DNA of 64,000 nucleotides, from assembly GCA_021613535.1 (NCBI GenBank), contig CP075495.1, positions 4,216,001-4,280,000 on the forward strand, in the 5' to 3' direction. The notes below the pieces were generated by a model. It did not search any database. It saw only the letters and a list, made by a program, of their open reading frames with translations, and had not been told where the DNA came from. This document shows, in pieces, positions 26,252 to 40,194 of this stretch; position 1 is the first letter of the stretch, and every line of letters starts with the position of its first letter. The position numbers were made by a program, and so were the translations under genes. This DNA is from Adineta vaga. Its lineage: Eukaryota; Animalia; Rotifera.

Positions 26252-28118
26252 TTAATTACGAAGAATTTTCATTGTTATTTCTCGAATAATTTCGGTTACT
26301 TTATGACGATATTCACATCGTGGTATTTTGATTTTTTCACCATTTGTATTTACTTTAACAAGCCATTTTGGATGTACGAGTACATTAAATTTTAAATAAT
26401 TATTTTCTTTATCATCTGTTCCACAATAACCAAAGCCACTAGAAAATATATACATACCATAATCATCCAATAAACATCGACAAATATTCGTGTAAAGACG
26501 AAATAATTCTAAATTCGTCCATTTTTTATTTAAATCAAAATCCACTAATGGTAAAATAACTTTTGTCTCATAGTTTGGCATGCCAAATATGACCAATGAT
26601 TCAGGTGATGATCTTCCACCACGACGAATATTCCAATCACGTTGTTTATAACAACCATCTTTCGTAACAAATAAATCACCAGCATATATACCATTCGTAT
26701 AAGCAAATTCCGATGATTCATAATTAATCATACGTGAATAGACATGAAACATACGTTGCCAATACAGAGGTGAATCTTGTAAATCAATAGAAGATGATGA
26801 AGTCCACTAGAAAGAAAAGAAAAAGTAACGATTCGATTATTTTTATATTTCGTTTCTATTGAATTTACCTGTTCAATATAACTTCCATTTATTGTTCCAC
26901 ATAGATTAATTGATGTTGGAAAAAATATTCCTCCAAGCACAAAACCACAAACAGTATAATCAGCATCAATATCTCCTGAACGTTTTTGTGGTTCGATAAA
27001 TTCTTCGACAACAGCTACTAATGGTAGATGTTCACCAACAACTCTTGTTTTCATATATTCACATAAATAATCGATACGTTCGTCTTGATCTTCTTTATGG
27101 TTATATATAAATGAATGTTTTACATGACTCATACATGACCAACCAGCTGCACCGCTAGCATCTAATTTAACGAATGCTGAAACATTATATTGATTGTATA
27201 ATAGATCAATAGCTTGAATAACGCCTCGAGAAAATTTTTTAATATTTTCGAAAGTATTTTCAGTAGCAATGGAATTAACACTGTTTTCAATTATTTGAAG
27301 ATAATCTTGATAGTTATCAATTAACTTTCCATCAGTAGAAACGGCAATAAGAATTGGTATCGAATTGAAACCTTTCGATTTTAAGAATAAACTATGTTTA
27401 GCTTTATCATTAATTGGTACATCAGGTAAACTTAAACGATCAGAAAAGATTTGTAATTGATGTCGATGATATTCTGTCATTTCATAAGGAAATACAAATG
27501 AATGATGGCAATTGTGAGTTATTTCATTGATATATCTTTTAAGCATATCTATGTGATATTCAGCATAGAATTCATTTGATGGTCGTTGTGCAAATAATTC
27601 ACAAAGATCATGATATTTCCTACTGTTTGTTTCGAAAAGATTGATTAACTCATGTAAATAACCGGTCGAATCTTCGTAAAGAATACGAATTTGGATTGTG
27701 CGTTGAAGACGTTCTTCGATTAGTTTTTTTAATTTTAAATATGTTTCGATTTCTATGGGATTTGGTGGTGAATAGACAAGAATACATCCACCTTGACGAA
27801 AACCTGTTGATAACCATAAAGCAGGTAATAATGAACGATCACAACCACGTAGATCATGAAAACCTGCACGTTCAGATTCGGGAACAACAAGTCCAACATC
27901 ATCCATTAGAATAATTTGATCAGCATTATTAAATGTTAATGCTATTCGACGTCTAATTCCACACGATAACTTAAATCAGCTGGATGATCAGTGCCCCATG
28001 CAGCTAAAGCTTCAGAACAAAGACCAGGTAAATTCAGTTCACGAGATGATGGTTGACTACCACGATGGCGAAGATTTGGAGTACATTTTAGAACTGTACT
28101 GAGAAGTTGTGTTGCCAT
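26252..28118 (-). CDS. Divergent ATP-grasp fold ligase; one intron (26807-26868); apparent 1-nt frameshift near 27961
   Basis: INDKAK, AFVKLDASGAAG, VVEEFIEP, YAGDLFVT and RDWNIRRGG match the ATP-grasp NDK / hhK..xGG / hhEEFI / GxD / ExNxR motif series. The 5' ORF (ATG 28118) is out of frame with the main ORF. Confidence 0.65.
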
Positions 28119-29513
28119 GGATAGATCTAAAAGATACAAATAAAAATATATAGGTAAGGTAAATAAATTATGAAGAAGAAAACAAGTGTTCTAGATAACA
28201 ATGAAAGATATATCTATCGACATATATCTATATATACGTCATTGTTCATTGTACGAAGAAAAGAACGATCAGACGAATCATTCTGAGATGAATGTTTATA
28301 ATTGCCGATAAGTACAAGTATAGTCGTATAAGAATATAATAGTAAAATATATGCTAAAGAAGCTTTTTAATTTGAATAAACCTTAAGGACATAACTGTGA
28401 TCACTATCGGATATTGAATGAAAAACATTTAAATTTTTTTCACTCATATATTTTTTCTTCTGAGCGAACACTACATCTATCTTCAGTGATCTTGATCTAT
28501 CTTTGATGTTATGATCGATGCTTTATTCATTTGTTGATAACCTATTAACGATAAACATCACTTACCTGTATATTTTTAGATCGGTCAGTTGTTGCTATTA
28601 TATGTATATTGTCCAGATGTTTATAATATGAACTGAGCAATGTCTTTCTATATCTCGACCAATTATATGAGATGATACAAAGAATAGTTTTTGTCCTTCA
28701 TAGACAAGAAGAATAAAGCATTATATCTATTGGCTTTGTTACTCGAACAGCTGGAGAAGAAAATAGAATGAACAGAAAGAAAGAAAGATTATATTATCCT
28801 GATATAGAAAGACATGACATTAACAAGGTTAAACTTGAGAATAGAATCTATGGTAGTACCCTTGAACAGTCAAAGACTGGATGTCATCTATGTTAATGAC
28901 TTCTTCTTGAAGCAAATGTTACAGTTATCATGAAAAAAGTAATCTTATGAAAATCGATACGCAAGAGGATCAATTTACAATTGCATAGAAATTACATGAC
29001 CATGTGAACTAACGGTAAACTTCATACTAATTAAAACGAATATTTCTTCGTTCTCATCTGTTCCTCAAATATACCAAATAAATAGAATTTAGTCAAATAT
29101 TATCGACACATTTTGTTTATCAATAATTAACTCTATTTATTCATATAATTCTACTAGTCTTTTTTCTTCCGTCAGATGTTTGACTTTAAATATTTGCTAT
29201 ATTTTCCAGAAAGGAAACATTTGTTTTTAAATAATATCATTTTAAATAACATTCTTAATAAGCATAACCGAAATAAACAGCAAGAAATTCTAGCATGAGA
29301 GAAATCATCCAGGCTGAACTTTTGAAAAACATTCTTATTTCAATATGTATATCAAAGAAAATTCAGATTTTTTCCATTAGAAGAAATCGAATCATGGATA
29401 TGTTTGTGTGATGATTAAATATTTTATTTAAAAGTAAAAGTGACAAGTATTCATATTATTGTTCATATTTATGTCCATCTGAAAGTATAAAATAGACAAA
29501 TAGTCGTGATTTT

Positions 29514-32500
29514 CTATTTCTCTTTTTCCTTATTTTCATCAATTGATTGTTTTGTAGTTGAAGTTAATGATGATTTAATTGGTGGTAAGGATAGATTGGT
29601 TTGTCTTATATCACCATTAGTCGAATTATCTGATGTTACATGATTAGTTACTATAATGAAACAAAAAACTATCATTGAAGAAAAACAATCATTTTATTAA
29701 TATCAAAACTACCTGATAAAGAAGATATATCTGTACTTAAAATTGGATTTTTAAGATCGACTGATTTTCTACTTCCACTAATATTTGGTCGTGATAATGG
29801 TACATAAGTACGTAGACTACCTGATGCATCATTTCCACTATTTGAATTAGTTGTTGCTAGTGATACACTATTATGAGATACGGGTAGTAAGGTACGTTGA
29901 ATGTCAAATTCTTGTAGACGAGGTAATTCACTTGTTTCTTTATTTATATTTTCATTTGTTGTTTCTATATGTTGACTTGATTGCGAACTTGTTGATGTTT
30001 GCTGTGTTGAGGTAAAACTTCGATCAATCTTCAAATTCAATGATACACACACATATATATATACAATAGGAAATACTAAACTATCTTACATGGAATAGTT
30101 GTTGATTTTTATCGTCCGCGTTGTTTGAATTCTGTTCATTTCTTGATATTGTCTCATGACTTTTCCTCTTCTGTTCGATTTCTTTTGATTGTCGTTTTTC
30201 ATTCTCCATATACGACGATTGAACCATACTTCTGTTTATTTTCAAATATCAAGAAAAATTAATACTATTGAGAAGAAAATATTTACCGTCCTTGATAGGA
30301 ATAAATTGGTCGAATAAGAAATATACTATTATCATGTTCAAGATGATCGAATGTGTCAGTTAATTTTCGTGCAAGTGTTGAACGATGTTGACGAATACTA
30401 GCTATATGTTCACTGATTTGTCCCGAACGTCGTTCATAATATGAACCCATTTTTTCCATAATATCTTTTGTTTCATTATCAAACGTTTCATTTTGAACAC
30501 GACTTTTTAAATTAATGGCTTTTTGATGTTGAATATATCGCTTGACAATATTGCTGAACTGTTGACATGATAAACTTACATAATCTTTCATTGTATCTTT
30601 AATATTCTAATAGAAAACAAAATTCAATTTATTCAAAAAAAAACATCTTTCTATCGTTCGACTATCTCTTGAATTATGTAGATATTTTAGTATAACATGA
30701 ACTTACATTAACTGTTAATTCAGGTATTTTGCCATTATCTATAGCTTGTTTCAGTGTTTCCTCATTCCTTTGTGCATCTAGATGAGTAAACATAATACTT
30801 GGTTGAATGATTCTATCATTTTCAATTTTTGATAAACGTTGTTGAACATGCATTAATTCTTCTTGATAATTTTGAATACGTTTCTGTTGATCATTGATAG
30901 TCTTCTCATTTTGTCTAAGAGAATAAGTAACAAGAAATTTTTCAAAGAAAAAAAAACACTATGTTTTTTTTACGTTAATTCTTCTTGAAATTTCTGATTA
31001 TTTACATTTAATAGTTCGTTAACCTGTTGATATTTATGATTTAATTCATCTATAATGGATTCTTTTTGTTGAATAATTGTTGGTTGAGATTGTTCACGTT
31101 GAAGTTGATTTTGTTTTTTCGTATTTTCATCGATCGTTGTTGTTAATGTTGTTAAACATGTTTGTAGAACTTTGACTGTATCGCGAAGTGCACGTTCAGA
31201 ATTATCGACAAAATCAGTAACCGGATTTTGATCAGTTGTCGAAGATAATTGATTAATAAGATCAATACGATCAGCAAGTGGAAGAAATTTATTTTGTTCA
31301 AGTAAATTTATAATCGAATGACGAAATCTATATATTGTTTCATATAAATGAAAAAATGGAACCTTATATTGATCAGTTTGAATAATTTGTGGTGAACGTG
31401 GTGATCTAATATATATATACAGAGAGAATAAAATCACTTGCAGTAGAATAGAATAAATGATTTTGTATGTTACTTTTTTCGTCCTGTAGTTGGTCGAGAA
31501 TTTCCAAGTGATGTTTGCAATTGTTGATCATGTTTTGAAACTATTAAATAAATTTTTAATTAGTAATGACAAATATCTAAACATGAGAAGAATTTAACCT
31601 GATGGAATTTCTTTATTATTTGTACCAATACCAGCACCACTATTATTCAATGGAGAAGATGATGAATGTTGTTTAGTTAGACCTTAATATAAATTTATAT
31701 AGAATTTATAATTGTCATTCAAAAAACAAGTATGAACTTTGCTCTGTATAGAAATACCTGTACTATTTTCTAACGATTCCAATGGTTTTCTTTCTCTTGT
31801 TGATGTTGTTGGTCGTGATAAAGTTACATCAGCTTGTTGTTTAAGATCATCAAGTTCATGTTTTTTCTCTTCTAATAGAGACAGATATTTTTCTCTCAAT
31901 GATGTACGACTTTTCACCGATGTTCGTCGATAGTTTTCTAATGCTTCGATTTCTTCACTGACAAGCTAAAAACAAAAGACTAGATAGATACGGAAAAGAA
32001 ATCTACAAAAAACAATGATTACTTTAGTGAGAACTCGTTCAAGTTCTTCAGCTCGTACAGGTGATCGACTTAAAACTATTGATACTCGACGTGATTGTGC
32101 AGCAGATGTATGATAAGATCGTTCACCACTGGATGATTTTTCATGATCTTTGTGACCAGGAGCAATAGAATTCGATCGTGTTAACGATCGTGATTGCATG
32201 GATGATGTACGTTCATAAAGTTGTGGTGTGGGTACTTTTGATATTGGATTTCCATCTTCATTAACACTCGTACTTATACGACGTGACGATGCATTAGATC
32301 GATCATTTGTTGGTTGATTAAGTTGTTCAAAAGAAGATTTTTTTCGTAATAATTCTCGTGTTCTTTTACGTAATAATGGCGATGTAGGCTTCGGTTGTTG
32401 TTCGACTGAATCTGATCGTTGAGTTTTTGCTGGTAAAGGTGGTGTTTTTCGTGTAGTTGATGATAAATGTTTCAAAGTTTGAGCAGTATCAAATATTGTT

Positions 32501-35500
32501 GGTTTTGATTCTTCAACTGAAGCTTGTTTGGATGGTGCATTGCTCATACTAGAGAGTTTTTTCCATGAACTTTGTGATGGTGTTGCACGCTAATTTCGTG
32601 GAATTTTTATATTAGATATAGAAAGAAAGTATTCTTAATAGTACCTTAGGATTTGGTGATAAACGATCATTTACTGGTTCTTCAACAGGATCCATATGTT
32701 CCGGTGGAGTTATATTAGCACCAGTCATATTATTAACTACGGTAGAATGACGATGAACAAGTTCAGTTTGACGAACAACATCTTGTTGATCCTATCAGAA
32801 GAGAATTCAAAATAAAAAAACGAATTTCATTGTAAATGCAGTTAGTTGAAGAATAATATTACTAATTTCTCTTGTTCGACCATAAACAATTCCAGATGAT
32901 TCAATGCTTCTTCGGCTGTTTTTTGTGCTTTGATTTGTAATTTATGAGCATGATCAGCTTTCTCAGCTAATGCATTTTGTTCCTATAGTGAATTATTATT
33001 ATGAAATGAAAAATAATACTAATGATCGTACCTCTTGCAAAGTATTTTCATCCGGATCAAGTGTAAGAAAGTATAGAAGTCGTTCCTACGTGAAGAAAAC
33101 AAAGTTTCAATTACTTTTCTAATCAATCTAACAACTAGTTGTTCTCTTTTACTTTTTCATATGTTGTTTTATGTTCAACGAATTCTTGTTTTAAAACTTG
33201 TACAGTTTCCTTATTTGCTGATTCTTTAGTTTCTAAATCTTTTAACAGTTCACGAACACGAGCAATGGCCTAGATTAACGGAACACAATTATATTTTTTT
33301 TATATCTCAGAAATCTATTTCAAACATACGAATTTTCGTAGATTTGTAAATGCTGTTGGTAGATTATCGATCGTGACTATATTCAAATCCACTCCACGTG
33401 TAGGTTTAAAAAGAAGATTAAGATCTGGAGCATTTTCACTTTTATCAGCTAATAATGATTCAAGTAATTGTTGACTACGACGATAGATTTCTCCAGGATC
33501 TTCTGCATTATTTTGATTTGCAGCTTCTTTTTTCGAACGAAATGATGATCTTCTTTTATCCTATATGAATGACAATAGTTCAAGATAAAATATCATCGTG
33601 AAGAAAGATGTAGTTCACATACCCGTGTTTTGGATCTTTTTGTCTGAAAAGAAAACAAATTGTCTTATCTGTCTTGAATACACAAAAAAATCTCTTACAC
33701 TCTTCGATGCGGCTGGTATTGGAGGAGCAGCAGCAGGTGCTGTTGCTGCTGGTTTTCCTGCATTCTAAAAATTGATTAACATAGAATATAGTTTTTCGAA
33801 AGACGATCGTTTACGTTCGTTGCTGGATCAATGGTAGCTGCTGCAGCATTTGTTAATTGACCGGTTTCTTTACCGGTACGACTTGAAATACTTTCTTTTT
33901 CATATCGACTTTCAGTTTCATCAATTGTTTCCACTAGAGAAAAAGACGATAACAATTGTATGGGCAAGAAGAAATTTCATTACAATTCATTCTTGATGCA
34001 TCGTCAGCGTCCTAAAAGAAAAATGAAAGATTAAGAAAGATATCCATTCCTATAGTTTCTCACTCTATTTCTAATACACAAAATAAAGTGGAAAATCGTG
34101 AACATTCTAGCATTAGTACTTCTACTGCATACAAAAAGTATCTAAGAAATGAATTCTCTCTGTAAAAAGTTAACCATGCTTCTACATGCGTTTTTCTCCC
34201 TGCTCAAACTATATTCTATGATGAATATATTACATCTGTTTCTGATTGACTTGTTCCTGACGTATAGCCAGGTAATTCTCCGATTTGATTTCTGTATCGA
34301 TTAACAATATCTTCTAATTCATTTGTTCGTCGTTTATAAAATTTGATTTCCGTTTCACGTCTTTTAAGTTCATCTTGTACTTTTTTCTAAATGAAATATT
34401 CATAGATAAGAAAAATAAATCTTTTATTTCTATTTTTTTCCTACTTGACTTTCTTGAGTTGTTTTAATTTCAGTACGAGCTGTTTCAATATCTTTTCCAA
34501 GTGCTTGAATAGCTGCATCTTTTGCCATCATTTCTTTACATCAATTTTATTTTAATAAAGGAAATAATTTGATTTGAACAAAAAAGAAACCTTCTTTTAC
34601 CTGCATTAGCTATTTCTAATTTAGATTGTAGATCTGCTAATTGTTCCTTTGCTTCTTTTGTCACTTGAGCTAATTTCCGTTTTCCTCTACAATTAAACGG
34701 TAAAATTCAATGATAAGCAGTAAAACATTTCAAATACCTTTCGACCATGACTCTAAAAAATATAATTAGAAAAAAACAAAATAATAAAGAAAATTTACAT
34801 AGAAATTTGTTACTTTGTCTGTTTAGTACCGGTATTTTGTATTAGAAATTGAATAATTTCTTCATTTAATTCATTAATTCGACTACCCAATGTTTTAACA
34901 TGACGATAACAATCTTTGACATCAAATGATTGTAGAGTTGTTTCAACTTCATCATTCGTTTCACCGGTATCATCATAATCATTGAATTCTGCTGCACTAA
35001 AATTTTGTTTTTGATCCACAAAAAACTAAGAGTACATAAAAGTAATTGAATTTCTATGAAAATATTTTCTTTGGAAATAAAACCTGTCCAACTTGTTGAA
35101 GTAATTTAGTTTTTTCACTTGCATGTTCTGCTTGTCCAACAATAAAAACCATTAAACGTTGTTTATACTAAAATCAACACAAAACAATCACAGTTTTATA
35201 AGAAAAAAAAAGAAAAAGAAAGAACTCTCAAGATTACACGTTGTTTTGCTAATTTATCATTCAATAGATCTTCTAATTCTCGAATATCTGCAACATGTTC
35301 AACACTATTAAGTTCTTCACGTGTCATTCCTTGTTGAATTAAAGTTGATTGAAGTGCATAGTCATAATTGTACAATGTCTAAAACAATAAAACAATTCTT
35401 TCGATAAAATTGGAAATGTTCATCGTTTGTTCATACATTATCAACACGTTTAAGTACTCGATCAAGTTCTTCTTTTGTATTATCTGCAAGTCGTTTCGCA

Positions 35501-35795
35501 CGTTCTCGTTCATACCGTTCGATAGCTTCACGACCAGGATCACGATCAATATCATCCTTATCATCATTATTACTATCATAGTTTGTTAAATTTTTATCCG
35601 TATGATTTGAATTATATTGAACAACGCCAATCTAAATGAAAAAGATAATACATTTATTTTAATTTAATTAAGATAATTATCTACTCCATAAGGTTGTTGG
35701 GTCACATCTTGTAAAAGTTTTAATCGACGTGGTTTGGCGATCGGTGGAAATCTTTGATGTTGGTGGTGTTGTTGTTGTTGTCGGGGCTGGAGCAT
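29514..35795 (-). CDS. Large multi-exon uncharacterised coiled-coil / low-complexity protein
   Basis: >20 minus-strand exons bounded by GT..AG; heptad-rich and S/R/P-rich segments; ends ...IDENKEKEK*. The start is approximate and not every junction was verified. Confidence 0.7.
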
Positions 35796-38700
35796 GTTGC
35801 TGGGCAATATTGATTATGTTAGCTATCTAACAATTGTTATTGTCAACTAACGTCGCACTCCTTTTCCTATTTTCTCTCTTCTCTTATTTGACGGTCTTTT
35901 CAATAGTAGCGACCGACTCTTCCGTTCATATTTTAATACTTTATGAAGAAGAGAGAGAGAGAGAGAGAGAAAGGGAATGAGAGCCGTATGCGTGTGTGTG
36001 TGTTTTCTCTTGAATTTCTTTAAAGATTTGAGGCGCTCACTCAATTACATGTGCACGAGCTATCGTCAAATAATAATTCATTCTTAAAAAGAAAAAAAAA
36101 CGATGAATAATCATAGTGATTTAACATACTGTTGTTCAATACTATATTATTCAGAAGGAAAGTTAGGAAAATATTTTAATAATTCCTTTCTGACTAATAA
36201 ATATTAATCGAATTTGAAGTCGTTTATTTTATTTTTTCAATTCTTCTCTATTTATTGTCGGTATATGAGATTTGAACTTCAATCTTGTGTATCGCGTAGA
36301 AACAAATGAAAGAGGTGTGAAAAAAATTTATTAGTAAATGAATAATTGTTTATTGAATATGGATTTTATTTTGACTTTTCTATTGAAAATCTTTACAAGA
36401 GTCATTGCTCATATACTTCAACATTAATTGAAAACAACATATACTGAATGGGAAGAAATATCGTATATACATATATATATCAGATTTCGAGAAAAATAAA
36501 TCGATGCCATGTTGTCTCGCATATGCATTTTATAGAAGCACTTGTATGGATATAATCATTCTCAATAAAAATCGTGTGATCGAATGATGATTTTTTAAAA
36601 AGCAATCCTGCAGCATATTCTTGATTGTTTTATGACAATGAGAGCTAAAATTTTATTTTTCTATGCCATTTGTATTGATAATTTTTTTGATCGTATTGCA
36701 CTTAGTACAACAAAAATCTTTCTGTACGTCTGTGTTCTTACAGGAAAATGTTTTAATAGAAAGATTTAGAACTGTGTTAAATAAGCCTTTCTCATGTATG
36801 CATAGTCTTAGGATGATTGTCAAATGTGATGATATTGTAGTATTGATCTTAGCTGGATACGACTAAGAGAAAAAATTCAAAAATACTTTCTCTATTGATT
36901 AAATATTGATATTATATTTGATACATAGAATAGGAAGCAAATAAATCTGTTAATTTTATTTGAACAGTCATTGCAGTATTGCATGGATTACGTATAGCAC
37001 CTGTAAATGTGAACAGTTTATAATTTTTCAATATGTGACATACTTTATGAGCATTGTGTTTGACATTACACATTGATGTATCATAGATGTGAATCAACGA
37101 AAACTCCTACGCCTCAATAGTGACAGTATAGGTCGCATTTACGATTAAAGATGACCTTCCCATTAGTTTGTCATTGACAACAACCATTCGGACAAGGGAT
37201 TTATTAATCTTCATCGTTAGTACAAATGAAGCGGTTACCAATAGATGAAGCATTACATAATTGATTTCGAAGAGCCGTATGATTTAGAATGTTAGCTATA
37301 ATAAAGATGCATCAAGTTAATAATAATTTTCATTTTGCTTATCTTCATTTTTTTCTATTCATTCATCAAGAAACTATACTGCAAGATGTTGTCTAAAAAG
37401 GAAGTTATTCACTTATAAACTTACTTGTTTCATGTATCGTTCTCATGTGTTCTAAACAGGAATCATTTTTATTACAACGCAATGTAATTGAACGGCTGGT
37501 ATTATTATTTCTTGGTGATAATACCATATTATGTTCAATGATGATGTTATATTTTAATATATCCGTTTAATTATGAAACTCTTCATAAAATGCAACATCT
37601 ACTTTATCCGAGGCATAGCCGAGAGTCAATACAGCAGCACGTGCACCATTGGTAGTTGGGTATGACAGACTAATTCGTTATAATAATAATGTTCGAAAGT
37701 GGTTTCAATATTTCAGAATATGCTGTACATTTAGAGACGAACTTCCCATGAACAATTGGCATATTATTTCGAAAACAGCCAATAACCCAAAACATCTTCA
37801 TAATGAAAACTTCAGTTCTATCAGTAATGTTTCATTTTGAACCTGTTTTTTATTCGTGTATTTTCTTGATTTGAACAAAATTATGTTTTTAAACAATATC
37901 AAATTTAAAGCTTCAGGTACAGATATCACGAACCAAGGATTGGTGAGACGTTAACCGAATTCTTTGTATTATTAGTTTGTTAATATCTCCAAGACTATTG
38001 TCAAACTAATGTATAATCGATTTTCATCTCAAGAATATGAATGAAAACAAAGTAAGAGAATGGGAACATAAAATATTCTAGAAACTCAAGTAATTTTGAA
38101 ACGCATTAATCTTTCATGTAGTTATCAGAGCGTCACGTGTATTGTCTATGAAGTTAAACCAATATATCTATGCATTTATTTGTTTTTCTATAAATTTTAC
38201 AATGTAGTTTTATAAATTATCATTAGTCATAAAATGATGTTTAATAAATCAAATGGATCATGTTAATCTTATCCATCTCGTAAATTAATTTCAAAAGAAG
38301 TGTACTAGAATTGTTTATGTGTCACACATTGTTTTGTTGAATACTAGTTCGATGATTGGATCTTTATATTATAGAAATAAATATTGTGCGAACGCTGACG
38401 TTTCGGAATATTGTAATAGAAAATAAAGAAAAGTGTAAATGCAAAATAAGATTTTTCTAGGTGAAAAATGGAATTCTTTCGTGAGTAATTATGTTAGTCG
38501 TCTTAGAATATTTTTCTCCTATTCTTTTCGGTTGAATAAGAAGGAAGATGATGACTGTTACTATGGATATAAAGAATAAAGAAAAAAGCTTCGTCGGGAA
38601 GAACTAATGAAGGAAGAAAACATATGAAAAATATTTATTATTTATTGAACTAGAGCAATATCACGATGCACTCGAATAATATTATTTATCATTAGAAGAA

Positions 38701-39097
38701 GAGGTAAATTTGTATTTCGAAGTGTAGTATGTCAATATGAAAGACGTTGTCTAATGATTTTTTCGCAATATCGATACTGTTCATAATTTGGTAACAATGA
38801 CGTATTGAGTATTCTCTGATTCGAACTTTACATATTTTTCTTTAGTTTTTAGAAATACTCTTGTCTCTCGTCATACGTAAATGTTTTTACTTAGTGAAAT
38901 GGACTGTGAGTTACCATTACCAACAATATACATTATATAAATATATTCTACGAATACTTATATTCTTCATCTTAGTTATGTTTTATCATGCACTGCTAGA
39001 GTAAAGCATTTAAAAGATAAAATTTACGAAATTATACACATGCTTATGTTCTATTTAGGTTTATCATACTAAACATAATTCTATATTTTAGATCAAA

Positions 39098-39619
39098 ATG
39101 CCACGCTGTTGTGGTGGTTGTTTTAATCTTTGCAAAGAATTTAAAGCGTAGGTTTATACACTTTTCATATGAATCATTTCAATAATGTATTGATTTTGTA
39201 TTAGATTTGCCTTACGAGGCAATATGTTTGATTTAGCAGTTGGAATTATCATTGGTACTGCTTTCTCCAGTGTTGTTCAATCACTTGTTGATGATATTAT
39301 TACTCCACCACTTGGTCTACTCATCGGTGGTGTTGATTTGGTTAATTTAACTGCTTCGATTCCAAATTTTGTCTATCAAAATCAACCAGCAGTTGTAATT
39401 CGTTATGGAAGATTTATTCAACGAATTATCTATTTATTGCTCGTTGCTTTGGCATTATTTTTCATTATCAAATTAATTAACAAATTACATAAAGTCGCAT
39501 CAAAAAAGAAAGTCGCCGTTGAACAAATGGTTGTCAAAGAATTCAGTGATGAAGTTAAAGTTTTACACCAAATTCGTGATTTATTAGCACAGAAAACAAT
39601 TCATAGTCATCAACAATAA
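39098..39619 (+). CDS. mscL: Large-conductance mechanosensitive channel MscL, copy 1 (intron 39148-39204)
   Basis: Spliced: MPRCCGGCFNLCKEFKA|FALRGNMFDLAVGIIIGTAFSSVVQSLVDDIITPPLGLLIGGVD...IRYGRFIQ...FFIIKLINKL...EVKVLHQIRDLL. Collinear with E. coli MscL. Confidence 0.95.
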
Positions 39620-40194
39620 GAAGAAGAAGAAGAAAAAGAACATTAGACATTATATTTTGTTAAGAACGAAGTTTGCATAAGAATATTAGTAGACTGTTTG
39701 ATAACAATGATCAAGGGTGATAATTATGTTCTTCTTACATTTCTTCAAATATACTTGTCAAATAACACAAGACTCTTTTGTTTCAATAAAATCGTACACT
39801 ACATGTTCGAAAACAACTAGAATAAGATTTAAATTCGATTTTTCGTATCATGATGGAAATCATTTGTAAAGATGTGATATGATAATTTCGTTGAACAATG
39901 AGCGAAAAGTTGAAACGAATGAATCATATATTAAACGATAATCTTTGATGTAAAATGAGTCTTTAAATACAAATATTGCTTTTTTTACATTTCTGTAGAC
40001 ATATTTATGTGTCGATCTCATTCATTTTGCAATTCTTCGAGGCAAATATTTTATCGCAATAAAAGGGATAGATTGACAGTTTGCAAGCATCTTCTAAAGG
40101 ATAGGAATTATTTATAAAAAGTTCACTTTATTCTTGAATCTTTTCATCGACATTTACTATCAATGAGTTTCGGTCATTAATGTTATATCTTTAG

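Noticed and set aside
36900-37900. Minus-strand Cys-rich, coding-like fragments (possible pseudogene or TE relic)
   Set aside because: Stops in all frames; no transposase or RT motifs or terminal repeats recognised.
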